Shown here piece by piece: positions 41,194-51,604 of a stretch of 64,000 nucleotides of DNA. The stretch's first letter is position 1. Every line of letters starts with the position of its first letter. Below the pieces are notes generated by a model. The model saw only the letters and a list, made by a program, of their open reading frames with translations. It ran no database searches and was not told the origin of the DNA. Source of the DNA: Alphaproteobacteria bacterium (GTDB lineage: Bacteria; Pseudomonadota; Alphaproteobacteria; Rs-D84); assembly GCA_031549365.1 (NCBI GenBank), contig JAVBPX010000004.1, positions 1 through 64,000 of the forward strand. Direction: 5' to 3'. Made by a program: the position numbers and the translations under genes.

Positions 41194-41855
41194 TGACAAG
41201 CACGATTCTGATCATTGACGATGACAACATGTTACGCGACACGTTGGCAGAATTGTTGCGCGAATCTTCATACACCGTATTAACCGCGGATTCTGCTGAA
41301 AATGGCCAAAAAATATTCGATAAATTTGATTGTGATTTAATTGTGCTGGACCGAATGATGCCGGGCATTGACGGATTGACATTATTAAAAAAATGGCGTG
41401 ATTCTGGTATTACAACACCGATTATTTTATTAACGGCATTGGGCGACACCGAAAATGTAATCGCCGGATTGCAAACAGGGGCTAACGATTATCTGGGCAA
41501 ACCATTCCATTCCACAGAATTGGTTCTACGCATCAATAACGCATTACGAACACAACCCGCAAAACCCGCGGAAACACTGGGCAAATATGGAATAAAAAAG
41601 CAAAATAATAATTACTATATTAATTCAAAAATTTGGAATTTAAACGAAACCGAACAAAAAATTTTTGACCTATTGATAAAACCGATTGGCGGCACTATAT
41701 CAAACGACGAAATTGTTAAAAAAACTGGGATGGCCGCAACATCAATTCCTATGGCTATCAAACGCTTGCGTATCAAAATAAAGTGTGCTATACCGTCGTT
41801 AAGCCTGCAAACAGTTTACAAACAAGGCTATAAAATTATACCAACCAAAGGTTAG
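41193..41855 (+). CDS. OmpR-family response regulator
   Basis: IIDDD, LDRMMP, LLTA, DYLGKPF, winged-helix C-terminus (QTVYKQGY). Confidence 0.9.
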   Translation: MTSTILIIDDDNMLRDTLAELLRESSYTVLTADSAENGQKIFDKFDCDLIVLDRMMPGIDGLTLLKKWRDSGITTPIILLTALGDTENVIAGLQTGANDYLGKPFHSTELVLRINNALRTQPAKPAETLGKYGIKKQNNNYYINSKIWNLNETEQKIFDLLIKPIGGTISNDEIVKKTGMAATSIPMAIKRLRIKIKCAIPSLSLQTVYKQGYKIIPTKG

Positions 41856-41861
41856 TGTACC

Positions 41862-43163
41862 ATGCGCATAATTCCTCGCAGTTTTTTATGGAGAACTATT
41901 TTATTAATCATGATCCCATTGGTTTTGTGCCAAGTTATAATGGCAAACGTATTTTTTGGCAATCATTGGGACACTGTCCACACATGGATGTCGCGTTCAT
42001 TGTCTGGTGAAATTTCAACAATCGTAACAATCATGGACGATCACCCAGAATCATTCGAAAAGATTCAGGCGATTGTATCCAAAGACATGGGATTAAATGT
42101 AACGCGCAGCGAAAAACTGTATCGCCCAAAACATGATGACAGCAATTCTGTCGAAATCGCAAAATTGGCCACAGATTTAAAGAAAAACGTTAAATATCCA
42201 ACAAAATTATACATCGATCAAAAACAAAAATTGTTATATATTGATATTAAACATGGACAAAATGATTATATAACTGTTGCAACATCTTTGAAGCGCGTTT
42301 ATTCAACATCCACTGAAATTTTTGCTTTATGGCTATTCCTGTCATTGGTAATTGTTGCAGCAATAATAACACCTTTTGTTTGGAATCATAATCGTTCAAT
42401 CCGTAAAATTGCACGAGCAGCAAACTATTTCGGACGCGGTTTGGATATGCCAAACTTTAAACCATCTGGATCAACCGAAATCCGCGAAGCTGCAAACGCA
42501 TTAATCGTTATGAAATCACGTATGAATCGCTATACAAAAACACGTACAGATATGTTGAATGCTGTCAGTCATGATTTAAAAACTCCTCTAACGCGAGTTC
42601 GCCTGGCTGTTGAAACGAATAAAAAATTGGATGAAAAGTCCCGCGAAACAATGCTGTCCGATCTGGATCGCATGAATGATATGATTGGCGGATATTTATC
42701 ATTTGCGCGCGGCGACATTCCCGAATTGGAACAGGAAATAACCCTGCCCCCAATGGTAACTCGTTTAATTCGTGATTACACGGGCCGCGTTAAATTCAAA
42801 ACAAATTTCCCAGATAAACCAATATCATTTTATTCCCGCCCAATGTCATTATCGCGCGCAATTGATAATATCATTCAAAACGCAGAACGTTTCGCGATTA
42901 AAAAAATCGAAATCACCGAAACAGATGATCTTGAATACACAACATTAACTATTGATGACGATGGCATTGGAATCCCATTGGATAAACGCAATGACGCATT
43001 GCAACCATTTGTGCGCCTGGATCCATCGCGCAATGAAAAAACCGGTGGCACAGGATTGGGATTATGTATCGCGCAACAGGCAATCGAAAACCACGGAGGC
43101 CAAATGTTTTTAGAAGATTCCCCATTAGGCGGCCTACGCGTTCGAATTGTGCTGCCAATATAA
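41862..43163 (+). CDS. EnvZ-like sensor histidine kinase
   Basis: PRSFLWR start, two TMs, HAMP domain, VSHDLKTPLTR, DDDGIGI, GGTGLGL. Confidence 0.93.
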   Translation: MRIIPRSFLWRTILLIMIPLVLCQVIMANVFFGNHWDTVHTWMSRSLSGEISTIVTIMDDHPESFEKIQAIVSKDMGLNVTRSEKLYRPKHDDSNSVEIAKLATDLKKNVKYPTKLYIDQKQKLLYIDIKHGQNDYITVATSLKRVYSTSTEIFALWLFLSLVIVAAIITPFVWNHNRSIRKIARAANYFGRGLDMPNFKPSGSTEIREAANALIVMKSRMNRYTKTRTDMLNAVSHDLKTPLTRVRLAVETNKKLDEKSRETMLSDLDRMNDMIGGYLSFARGDIPELEQEITLPPMVTRLIRDYTGRVKFKTNFPDKPISFYSRPMSLSRAIDNIIQNAERFAIKKIEITETDDLEYTTLTIDDDGIGIPLDKRNDALQPFVRLDPSRNEKTGGTGLGLCIAQQAIENHGGQMFLEDSPLGGLRVRIVLPI

Positions 43164-43193
43164 TCAAAAAAAACCGCCATCCCGGCGGTTTTT

Positions 43194-43751
43194 TTATTTC
43201 AAATATATTAACGGATCATCCACTACTTTTTTCACAACTGGCAATAACGATTGAATATCGGTTTCGTTAAATTTACCCAACACCCAATCGGCTGGATCCG
43301 TATTTTTAAATTCAGAATCACGCGGATGCCCAACGCCAATTCGAACACGAGCATATTCTTTGCCCAATTTGGCATCAATATCACGCAAACCATTGTGCCC
43401 GCCGTGCCCACCACCCCGCTTGGTGCGCATATCACCAATTTTTAAATCCAAATCATCATGTATTACCAAAATATTGGATACAGGTATTTTATAAAAAGTT
43501 GATAACGCCAATACAGCTGTTCCCGACAAATTCATAAACGTTGTTGGTTTCGCCAATATAACATCATTTCCATCAATCTTTCCACGCGAAAAATACGCAT
43601 GGTGCTGTTCGCGCCAATCTGGAAATTCGTATTTGTTTTGTATTAAATCCAAAACTTCGAAACCTACATTATGTCGTGTTCCATTATATTTGGATCCAAT
43701 GTTTCCCAATCCAATAATTAAATATGTATGCTTTTCTTTCATAACAGACAT
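43194..43751 (-). CDS. pth: Peptidyl-tRNA hydrolase
   Basis: IIGLGN, TRHNVGF, KPTTFMNLSG, HDDLD, GGHNGL; start uncertain (43751 or 43742). Confidence 0.96.
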   Translation of the reverse strand: MSVMKEKHTYLIIGLGNIGSKYNGTRHNVGFEVLDLIQNKYEFPDWREQHHAYFSRGKIDGNDVILAKPTTFMNLSGTAVLALSTFYKIPVSNILVIHDDLDLKIGDMRTKRGGGHGGHNGLRDIDAKLGKEYARVRIGVGHPRDSEFKNTDPADWVLGKFNETDIQSLLPVVKKVVDDPLIYLK

Positions 43752-43837
43752 TATATCAAAAAAACATCCCATTGACATTAAAATAATAAAACGGCACAAT
43801 AATATGGACTGACAACAAAACCAACAGAGGAGTTATC

Positions 43838-44392
43838 ATGAAAAATTCAATAAAAATCTTGGCTGCATTGGGCATGCTGGCCATTACATCACCCGCATCT
43901 GCTGGCGCAATGGATTTGTATATTGGCGGCGCCGTTGGCATGGGGGCAATGCAAGTAAACGGCAGTGATGATACAACCTTTTCAGGCACGGGATCATTTG
44001 CCGGGGCATTTGGTATTAATTTGCCACTGTTCCGCGTTGAAGCCGAGTACAATTATTTCACAGCATCAAAATCCGGCGCAGATTTGGCGTTACAAATGGC
44101 CATGGTTAACGCATACATCAAACCATTCGCAATTCCTGTTATAAAGCCATATTTTGGCGCAGGTGCCGGCGCAATTATTGCCGGAGATATCGGCCACGAT
44201 GTTGACGCAAACAACACCCCTGCATTCCAAGGTATGCTGGGCGTATCAATTGACATCCCTGCAATGCCAATTGGTTTTGATGTCGAAGGGCGTGTCGTAT
44301 ATTCTCCAAACGCATTCGAATTTAAAACAATGAGTACCGAATACGATATTTTGGGATACGAAGCCCGCGTAAAAATGCGTTATGAATTTTAA
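43838..44392 (+). CDS. Outer membrane beta-barrel protein
   Basis: Signal peptide, RVEAEY, KPYFGAGAG, terminal RYEF. Confidence 0.8.
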   Translation: MKNSIKILAALGMLAITSPASAGAMDLYIGGAVGMGAMQVNGSDDTTFSGTGSFAGAFGINLPLFRVEAEYNYFTASKSGADLALQMAMVNAYIKPFAIPVIKPYFGAGAGAIIAGDIGHDVDANNTPAFQGMLGVSIDIPAMPIGFDVEGRVVYSPNAFEFKTMSTEYDILGYEARVKMRYEF

Positions 44393-44472
44393 TTAATTTT
44401 ACCACAAAAAACACCCCGACAACGGGGTGTTTTTACTTGCCTGACATACTATATATTTGCTATGATTCAATT

Positions 44473-47223
44473 ATGAAAACACGAATTAATCTTATCGATG
44501 GAAACAGCTTTTTATTCCGCGCATTCTATGGGATCAAGGGCAAATTAACACGATCCGACGGCACCCCAGTAAACGCCGTATATGGATTATGTACAATGTT
44601 GTTAAATTTGTTATCGTCCGCAAATCCGGATGAACAATTTTATATGGTATTCGATGCTGCTCGCAAAAATTTTCGAAACGACATTTACCCAGAGTACAAG
44701 GCCAACCGCACAGAATTACCCGATGATTTAATCCCACAAATCGCATTATCACGATTGGCCGTTACCGCATTCGACATTCCAATTTTGGAAATAAACGGGT
44801 TCGAGGCCGACGACATAATCGCAACAATGGTTAAACACGAATGCTTTATTGATCGTACCGTTCGCGTTGTTACATCGGACAAGGATTTAATGCAATTGGT
44901 TGACCCCTGTTGTTATTTGTATGACAGCATGAAGGAATTGGACATTCACGAAGCCCAAGTTTTGGAAAAATTTGGCGTCCGTCCGGACCAAGTTATTGAT
45001 ATCCAAAGCTTGATTGGCGATTCATCCGACAACGTTCCTGGTGTCCCAGGCATCGGCCCAAAAACAGCAGCCGAATTAATCAATGAATTTGAAACCTTGG
45101 ATAATTTATACAATCATTTGGACGATATTAAAAACGAACGGCGTCGCGAATTGTTGCGCAACAATCATGAAATGGCATTAATGTCGCGACAATTGGTAAC
45201 ATTACGTAATGATGTCCCATTGCCTGAATTTCCAAACAAACCATATATTCCAAACGCCAATAAAATCGCAACTTTTTTCAAAAATGAAATGGAATCGCCC
45301 GCATTAATTTCAAAGCTTGAAAAATGGTTGGGAAAAACAGAATTTGTTGAAACAAACGAAATTAAATTTGAACCAAAATCCGAACCAAAAAAACACAACA
45401 ATTACAAATTAATAACAACAGAAAAACAATTAAACGAATTTATTTCCGAAATTGAAAAACATCCTATAATTGCAATCGACACAGAAACCACAGGATTAAA
45501 TTCAATGGATGATCGTTTGGTTGGGATTTCAATTTCTTGTGCTCCTCATTCTGGTTGCTATATTCCAATCCGACATGGCGGGCAACGTGATTTATTATCA
45601 AACGAAATACATGAACAATTGGATATTGACACAGTTTATAAAAAACTATGGCCCATATTAACCAATCAAAAGATTATCAAGGTCGGCCAAAACATAAAGT
45701 ATGATTTTCACATGTTCGAAAACGAAGGATGGGATACCGACCAAATAACTCCCATTGACGACACTATGTTGTTATCATACGCATTATTCGGCAGCGAACA
45801 TTTGCATAACATGGACACACTTGCCCAGATTTATTTAAAACACCAAAATATTAAATTTTCTGATTTATTTGATGAAAAAACAAAAAATCCACAATTTGGA
45901 CATTTACATCCAGAACGCGCATTACATTACGCGGCCGAAGATGCAGACATAACATTGCGCTTATACCAATTATTCCGTCCAAAATTGGATACGGAAATTC
46001 GATTAAAAAAATTGTATGAAAATTGCGATTTACCGTTGATTCGTGTATTGTTGCACATGGAGAGAAATGGCGTCCATATTGATACAAATAGATTGGCAAT
46101 TTTATCCGAAAAATTACATAAAAAGATGAACGAATTGGAATCTGAAATTTACCAATTGGCTGGATCTGAATTTAATATTGCATCTCCTTCACAAATTGGA
46201 TTTGTTTTGTTTGAAAAATTGGGCATCCCATATGACGGCAAAAAAACCAAAACTGGATCATATTCCACAGACGCCGCCATGCTGGAAGAAATCGCAACAT
46301 TACACCCAATCATCCCATTAATTTTGGAATGGCGCACATTATCAAAATTAACTGGCACATACACCGACGCATTGCCAAACGCGATTAATAAAAAAACAGG
46401 ACGCATCCACACATCATATTTGCAAACATCAACCAATACTGGGCGATTATCTTCACGCGATCCAAATTTACAAAACATTCCAATCCGCGGTGAATTGGGA
46501 CCCGAAATTCGTGCTTGTTTTACAGCAACAGATGGTAACGTTTTAATTGCTGCCGATTATTCGCAAATACAATTGCGATTATTGGCCCAAGTCGCCGACA
46601 TTCCATCATTAAAACAAATTTTCCGCAACGGCAAAGACATTCATACCATGACCGCACATCAAATTTTTAATGTCCCAGAATCCGATGTAACATCCGATCA
46701 ACGACGCGTTGCAAAAACAGTTAATTTTTCAATTGTATATGGTATATCTGCGTTTGGATTGGCTTCGCAATTAAAAATCGAACGCCATGCCGCACAACAG
46801 TTAATAGATTCGTATTTTACCGCATTTCCTGAAATAAAAATATACATGGATAAAATAAAGGATTTCGCACGTGAACACGCATACGTAATGACACCATGGG
46901 GACGAAAAATTGTTTTGAATGACATGAAAAACTCGCGCACACGCGCGTATGGATTACGCGCTGCGATTAACGCCCCGATTCAGGGGTTCGAGGCTGATTT
47001 AATGCGCCTAGCATTATGCAAAACAGAATCTGAATTAAAAAAATCATATCCAAACGCAAAACTTTTAATGCAAGTCCACGACGAAATGGTTTTCGAAGCA
47101 CCGAACCAAGACGCTGAATCTGTTGCAAAAATCATTCGCGACACAATGGAACACATCGCGGAATTATCGATTCCATTGGTTGCCGAAACCGGCATCGGGC
47201 CCGACTGGAATTCAATTAAATAA
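44473..47223 (+). CDS. polA: DNA polymerase I
   Basis: LIDGNSFLFRAF, EADD, DTETT, TGRLSSRDPNLQN, ADYSQIQLR, QVHDE. Confidence 0.98.
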   Translation: MKTRINLIDGNSFLFRAFYGIKGKLTRSDGTPVNAVYGLCTMLLNLLSSANPDEQFYMVFDAARKNFRNDIYPEYKANRTELPDDLIPQIALSRLAVTAFDIPILEINGFEADDIIATMVKHECFIDRTVRVVTSDKDLMQLVDPCCYLYDSMKELDIHEAQVLEKFGVRPDQVIDIQSLIGDSSDNVPGVPGIGPKTAAELINEFETLDNLYNHLDDIKNERRRELLRNNHEMALMSRQLVTLRNDVPLPEFPNKPYIPNANKIATFFKNEMESPALISKLEKWLGKTEFVETNEIKFEPKSEPKKHNNYKLITTEKQLNEFISEIEKHPIIAIDTETTGLNSMDDRLVGISISCAPHSGCYIPIRHGGQRDLLSNEIHEQLDIDTVYKKLWPILTNQKIIKVGQNIKYDFHMFENEGWDTDQITPIDDTMLLSYALFGSEHLHNMDTLAQIYLKHQNIKFSDLFDEKTKNPQFGHLHPERALHYAAEDADITLRLYQLFRPKLDTEIRLKKLYENCDLPLIRVLLHMERNGVHIDTNRLAILSEKLHKKMNELESEIYQLAGSEFNIASPSQIGFVLFEKLGIPYDGKKTKTGSYSTDAAMLEEIATLHPIIPLILEWRTLSKLTGTYTDALPNAINKKTGRIHTSYLQTSTNTGRLSSRDPNLQNIPIRGELGPEIRACFTATDGNVLIAADYSQIQLRLLAQVADIPSLKQIFRNGKDIHTMTAHQIFNVPESDVTSDQRRVAKTVNFSIVYGISAFGLASQLKIERHAAQQLIDSYFTAFPEIKIYMDKIKDFAREHAYVMTPWGRKIVLNDMKNSRTRAYGLRAAINAPIQGFEADLMRLALCKTESELKKSYPNAKLLMQVHDEMVFEAPNQDAESVAKIIRDTMEHIAELSIPLVAETGIGPDWNSIK

Positions 47224-47234
47224 AGGAGACAAAA

Positions 47235-47810
47235 ATGGTAAAACCAATTGAACCAAAAAAAATTCCAAATCCTGTAACACACCAGTTTAAACTGGAATAC
47301 GCACGCCAGGCCCCAGGATTATTATTCGAATCTCTGTTATGTATTGTGGCTGCCCTATTCCTATTCTTTTACCCTATGGAAACATTGCAAACCCTGACAT
47401 TAATTTTTGGCATTGGAATTGGATTAATCGGAATTTATACGGCATTGACTGGATTAACCCGCAAATCCATGTGGGGCGTTTTAATGGGCGCAATATATGC
47501 GGCCATCGGATTTATGTTCGTATCAAACCCTGCGACATCATTTATAACGTTAGTATACATTTTCGCAGCATTATTTTTCATACGATCGTTTTTTTCGATT
47601 ATGCTTGCAATTCAAATGATACAAATGCGCGTTGGTCATTATATAATCAGCTTTGTTATGTCGTTAATTTCAATGGCCTTGGCAATATTTTTATTGTTTC
47701 ACCCATCATACGGCGCAATAACATTGGTTTATTATATCGGCATCACATTGCTGTTTAACGCATTTAATAATCTGTATGTATTTTTTCAATTACGAAAGCT
47801 ATCAAAATAA
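47235..47810 (+). CDS. HdeD/DUF308 family membrane protein
   Basis: About six TM helices in repeated helix-Pro-helix pairs. Confidence 0.7.
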   Translation: MVKPIEPKKIPNPVTHQFKLEYARQAPGLLFESLLCIVAALFLFFYPMETLQTLTLIFGIGIGLIGIYTALTGLTRKSMWGVLMGAIYAAIGFMFVSNPATSFITLVYIFAALFFIRSFFSIMLAIQMIQMRVGHYIISFVMSLISMALAIFLLFHPSYGAITLVYYIGITLLFNAFNNLYVFFQLRKLSK

Positions 47811-48045
47811 AAAATGCCCATTTGGGCATTTTTTAATATTAATTATTATGGTGGGTCGGCAGACGGGGGAATGGGGGCGTCCCCCATTAGTGTTTTGGAA
47901 TAATTTATTGTTTCAAAACATGTACAAACAATTAATAATTGTTTGCCGTAATAATGCACTACGCATTATTACAGTTCATGCCAAGGCCTACCTGATAATA
48001 AAAATACCCCAAAGGGGCATTTTTATTATTATGGTGGGTCGGCAG
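47809..48045. repeat. tRNA-linked structured element, copy 3, bounded by 21-bp direct repeats plus similar terminators
   Basis: attattatggtgggtcggcag at 47842 and 48025; palindrome caaacaattaataattgtttg at 47925-47945. Confidence 0.85.
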
Positions 48046-48108
48046 GGACTCGAACCCCGGACCAAAGCGTTATGAGCGCTCCGCTCTAACCAACTGAGCT
48101 ACCGACCC
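48032..48108 (-). tRNA. tRNA with CAT anticodon, probably tRNA-Ile2 (lysidine) rather than Met
   Basis: Reverse complement GGGTCGGTAGCTCAGTTGGTTAGAGCGGAGCGCTCATAACGCTTTGGTCCGGGGTTCGAGTCCCTGCCGACCCACCA. It lacks initiator features, and the CGCTCATAACG arm resembles Ile2. Confidence 0.9.
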
Positions 48109-48188
48109 CGTGGGCAGTATTCTACACATATTTGCCAATATTTCAAGTATAAAATATTGCACCATGCAGAAAACCGCTGGTCTTAGAA

Positions 48189-48228
48189 TTATGAGCGCTC
48201 CGCGACTGACCAACCGAGCCACCAACCC
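48189..48228 (-). pseudogene. Degenerate copy of the 5' half of the CAT tRNA
   Basis: ttatgagcgctccgc-gactgaccaaccgagccaccaaccc versus ttatgagcgctccgc-tctaaccaactgagctaccgaccc at 48070-48108. Confidence 0.8.
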
Positions 48229-48316
48229 GGATATAAACAACAACGGTGTTATACGGATTAATTATTAAAATTCAATAAAAATATGATATAATGATCATCA
48301 ATCATAGGTCGAGAAA

Positions 48317-48892
48317 ATGAAAAACATTGTAATCATAAATGGACATCCAGATATCATGTCATTTTGCCATGCATTAACTGAATCATATGCAAACGGCGCG
48401 CATCAGGCAAAAAATAACGTTATAACATTTCATTTGCACCAATTAAAATTTGATCCAATATTACACAACGGATATCGAACAATTCAAGAATTGGAACCAG
48501 ATTTGATTTTGGTTCAAAACGCAATCAAATCCGCGGATCATGTTGTATTTGTTTATCCAAATTGGTGGGGAACATACCCTGCTTTGTTAAAGGGATTTTT
48601 TGATCGCGCTTGGTTGTCCGGATTCGGATTTAAATACGTTCCCGGGAAAATGTTACCAAATAAATTATTAACTGGAAAAACAGCCCGTATAATCATGACC
48701 ATGAATACACCAAAGTGGTATTACCGTTGGTTTTATGGCCGACCCGGGATAAAATCGGTTCGTGATACCATATTGGCTTTTTCCGGCATTGGCCCAACCA
48801 AAATAACGCAAATCGGCATGATCAAAGGTTCGGATGACAAAACGCGCGCCGAATGGTTGAAAATGGTTGAAAAATTGGGCTATACGGATTGA
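48317..48892 (+). CDS. NAD(P)H-dependent oxidoreductase, flavodoxin-2 (MdaB/KefF-like)
   Basis: INGHPD...SF, YPNWWGTYPALLKGFFDR. Confidence 0.9.
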   Translation: MKNIVIINGHPDIMSFCHALTESYANGAHQAKNNVITFHLHQLKFDPILHNGYRTIQELEPDLILVQNAIKSADHVVFVYPNWWGTYPALLKGFFDRAWLSGFGFKYVPGKMLPNKLLTGKTARIIMTMNTPKWYYRWFYGRPGIKSVRDTILAFSGIGPTKITQIGMIKGSDDKTRAEWLKMVEKLGYTD

Positions 48893-49332
48893 CCTTCGAT
48901 TTTTAATAATTTTTTCTTCATGTTTAAACCATATGCGTATCCACCCATATCACCGCCAATTCGAACAACACGATGACATGGAATAAATATAGCAATTGGA
49001 TTTGCACCAATGGCGGAACCCGTTGCACGCACTGCATTTGGACGGCCAACCGCCCGCGCAATGTCTGAATATGTTCGCAATTCTCCGTATGGAATTTCAC
49101 AGAGCGCTTTCCAAACGTCCATTTGAAATTCTGTGCCGTGCGGTTCCAAATTCAAAGTTGAAAAATCAACAACACGCCCTGCAAAATAATTGTTCAATAA
49201 ATCAACGAACGATCCGTGGTCCAAGCAAATTGAATGTTCGATCGAATTTACCATCTTTAACGATCGTATCGCCCCGTTTTCGGTTTGTATCCGACAAATC
49301 CCCACTGGTAATACCACATCTGAAATTTTCAT
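48880..49332 (-). CDS. ogt: O6-methylguanine-DNA methyltransferase
   Basis: GTEFQMDVW, IPYGE, IPCHRVV, GGY. Confidence 0.95.
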   Translation of the reverse strand: MKISDVVLPVGICRIQTENGAIRSLKMVNSIEHSICLDHGSFVDLLNNYFAGRVVDFSTLNLEPHGTEFQMDVWKALCEIPYGELRTYSDIARAVGRPNAVRATGSAIGANPIAIFIPCHRVVRIGGDMGGYAYGLNMKKKLLKIEGQSV

Positions 49333-49895
49333 TTTTGAACCTCCGCCAATTTATCACGAATTTGTTTTAAATCTTGCCATGCATAACGCTTCATCGAAAC
49401 ATCCCGCAACAAAAAGGATGGGTGAAAAGTCGGCATTGTTGGAATCCCATTTACATCAACCCAATGCCCCCGTAAACGCATAATACCCGTATTGGTCTGT
49501 AAAATCGCCTTGGCCGATGTGCCGCCCAATAAAACCAATACATCTGGTTTAATTATTTTAATGTGTTCCATTACATACGGCAAAAATAAATTCATTTCAT
49601 CACGCGTTGGCGTTCGATTGTTTTCCGGACGCCACGGTAAAATATTTGCAATGTAACAATCGGATTTACGATCCATATTAATCGCAACCAACATTTTGTT
49701 TAACAATTGACCGGCAGGACCAACAAATGGCAATCCCATTATGTCTTCTTGTTCACCTGGTGCTTCGCCCACCAACATTAATCTGGCATCAATATTACCA
49801 TCCGAAAAAACAAAATTTTTAGCATTATATTTTAATGGCGTTTCAACATCACGCATACGTTTTGATAAATCATTTAAACGTTCTTGCTTGGTCAT
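49329..49895 (-). CDS. Uracil-DNA glycosylase family 4
   Basis: VGEAPG...FVGPAG, WRPENNRTP, TFHPSFLLR. Confidence 0.92.
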   Translation of the reverse strand: MTKQERLNDLSKRMRDVETPLKYNAKNFVFSDGNIDARLMLVGEAPGEQEDIMGLPFVGPAGQLLNKMLVAINMDRKSDCYIANILPWRPENNRTPTRDEMNLFLPYVMEHIKIIKPDVLVLLGGTSAKAILQTNTGIMRLRGHWVDVNGIPTMPTFHPSFLLRDVSMKRYAWQDLKQIRDKLAEVQK

Positions 49896-49979
49896 ACTTT
49901 CATGCTGACATAAAAAATTTGCAAACGCAACAAAAACCATGTATACTTAAACCCACGGTTGAACCAAAGGAAAAACATC

Positions 49980-50561
49980 ATGATTGAACAATCACCATTA
50001 CCATTTGATATAACATCATTGGAACCATATATGTCCAAACGCACATTGGAATTCCATTATGGTAAACATCACGCTGCATATATTAAAAAAACAAACGAAT
50101 TAATTGCTGGAACAGATTTGGAAAACGCAACATTGGAAACAATTGTTGTATCAGCCTATAAAAATAAAAACACTGCCTTGTTTAACCAATCGGCCCAGGC
50201 TTTGAACCATGAAATTTTCTGGAAATCATTGCGCGCAAACGTAAAAATGTCGAACATAGTTAAAACAAAAATCGAATCCGATTTCGGTTCATATGATAAA
50301 TTTGTCGACGAATTTACAAAATCAGCAATGGGCCAATTTGGATCTGGCTGGACCTGGTTGATATTGGACGGAAATAAAATGAAGATCGTATCCACATCAA
50401 ACGCGGAAACCCCAATCGTAAATGGGTTTAAACCATTGTTGGCATTGGACGTATGGGAACATTCATATTATTTGGATTATCAAAATTTACGTGCGGATTA
50501 TATAAAAAACTTTCTGACCAATATTGCCAACTGGGATTATGTGGAAGAAAACATCAAATAA
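49980..50561 (+). CDS. sodB: Fe superoxide dismutase
   Basis: HYGKHH, AQALNH, FGSGW, NAETP, DVWEHSYY; AQ and NA are Fe-type signatures. Confidence 0.9.
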   Translation: MIEQSPLPFDITSLEPYMSKRTLEFHYGKHHAAYIKKTNELIAGTDLENATLETIVVSAYKNKNTALFNQSAQALNHEIFWKSLRANVKMSNIVKTKIESDFGSYDKFVDEFTKSAMGQFGSGWTWLILDGNKMKIVSTSNAETPIVNGFKPLLALDVWEHSYYLDYQNLRADYIKNFLTNIANWDYVEENIK

Positions 50562-50706
50562 TAATATAAACCCAATCCCGATCTCGGCGGAGTGTAACGC
50601 AGACAGATGACATTATGTCGCCGAAAATTTGAAGTAATAAAATCAAAATTCGATAAAACAAAAAACCACCCAATCGGGTGGTTTTTAATAATTAAAAAAG
50701 AATTAG

Positions 50707-51588
50707 TTATTGTGCAGCACTTGCGGAAATTTTCGCAATTTCCTCTGCAAAATCTTCTTCCTTTTTTTCAATTCCATCACCCAATACAAAATATGCAAAG
50801 CTGGACAATGTCGCACCGTTATCGGCCAACAATTGTTTTACTTTCATATCTGGGTTCATAACGAAATCCTGTTCTTCCAGAACAATTTCTTCGTAAAATT
50901 TACGAATACGTCCTTCGATCATTTTTTCAACAATCGATTCTGGTTTGCCGGATTCCAAAGCAGATTGACGAAAGAAATGTTTTTCTTTTTCAACAACTTC
51001 GGATGTAACATCGGCAATGCGTGCGAAATCTGGTTTTGATGCAGCAATGTGCATTGCAATTTTTGAACCGATTTCAGCCAATTTTGCATGATCCGCACCA
51101 TTTAATCCAACAACAACACCGATTTTACCCATACCTGGTGCTTGAACATTGTGAACATATGTGGACACAACATCACCAGACACAACGGCTGTACGACGCA
51201 AATTCATGTTTTCACCGATTGTTGCAATCAATTGAACAACATCTGCTTGCATTTCATTGGATACTTTTTCAAAATCACCCGAATGGTTCAAAGCAGATTC
51301 AGCAGACTTTTGTACCATTGCTTGGAATTTGTCATTTTTTGCAACGAAATCAGTTTCAGCATTAACCTCTACCAATACGCCCATACCTGGTTTTGATGCA
51401 ACAACAACCAACCCAGACGCAGCAACGCGGTCGGATTTTTTTGATGCTTTGACCAAACCTTTTTCACGCAACCAATCGGCTGATGCTTCCATATCTCCGC
51501 CACATGCTTCCAATGCGGCTTTGCAGTCCATCATCCCAGCGGATGTTTTTTCGCGCAAATCTTTAATTTTTGCAGGTGTAACAGTCAT
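50707..51588 (-). CDS. tsf: Elongation factor Ts
   Basis: LREKTSAGMMDCK, EVNAETDFVA, IGENM, MHIAA. Confidence 0.97.
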   Translation of the reverse strand: MTVTPAKIKDLREKTSAGMMDCKAALEACGGDMEASADWLREKGLVKASKKSDRVAASGLVVVASKPGMGVLVEVNAETDFVAKNDKFQAMVQKSAESALNHSGDFEKVSNEMQADVVQLIATIGENMNLRRTAVVSGDVVSTYVHNVQAPGMGKIGVVVGLNGADHAKLAEIGSKIAMHIAASKPDFARIADVTSEVVEKEKHFFRQSALESGKPESIVEKMIEGRIRKFYEEIVLEEQDFVMNPDMKVKQLLADNGATLSSFAYFVLGDGIEKKEEDFAEEIAKISASAAQ

Positions 51589-51604
51589 AATACACTCCTT
51601 TGAC

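Noticed and set aside
49329-49895. Family-4 UDG lacking Fe-S cysteines
   Set aside because: Loss of the cluster ligands is common in alphaproteobacterial family-4 UDGs and is not distinctive.
50583-50626. Hairpin containing cggagtgta between sodB and tsf as a third palindrome-family copy
   Set aside because: It lacks the matching TACATGA half and the long arms, so it is too degenerate to call.
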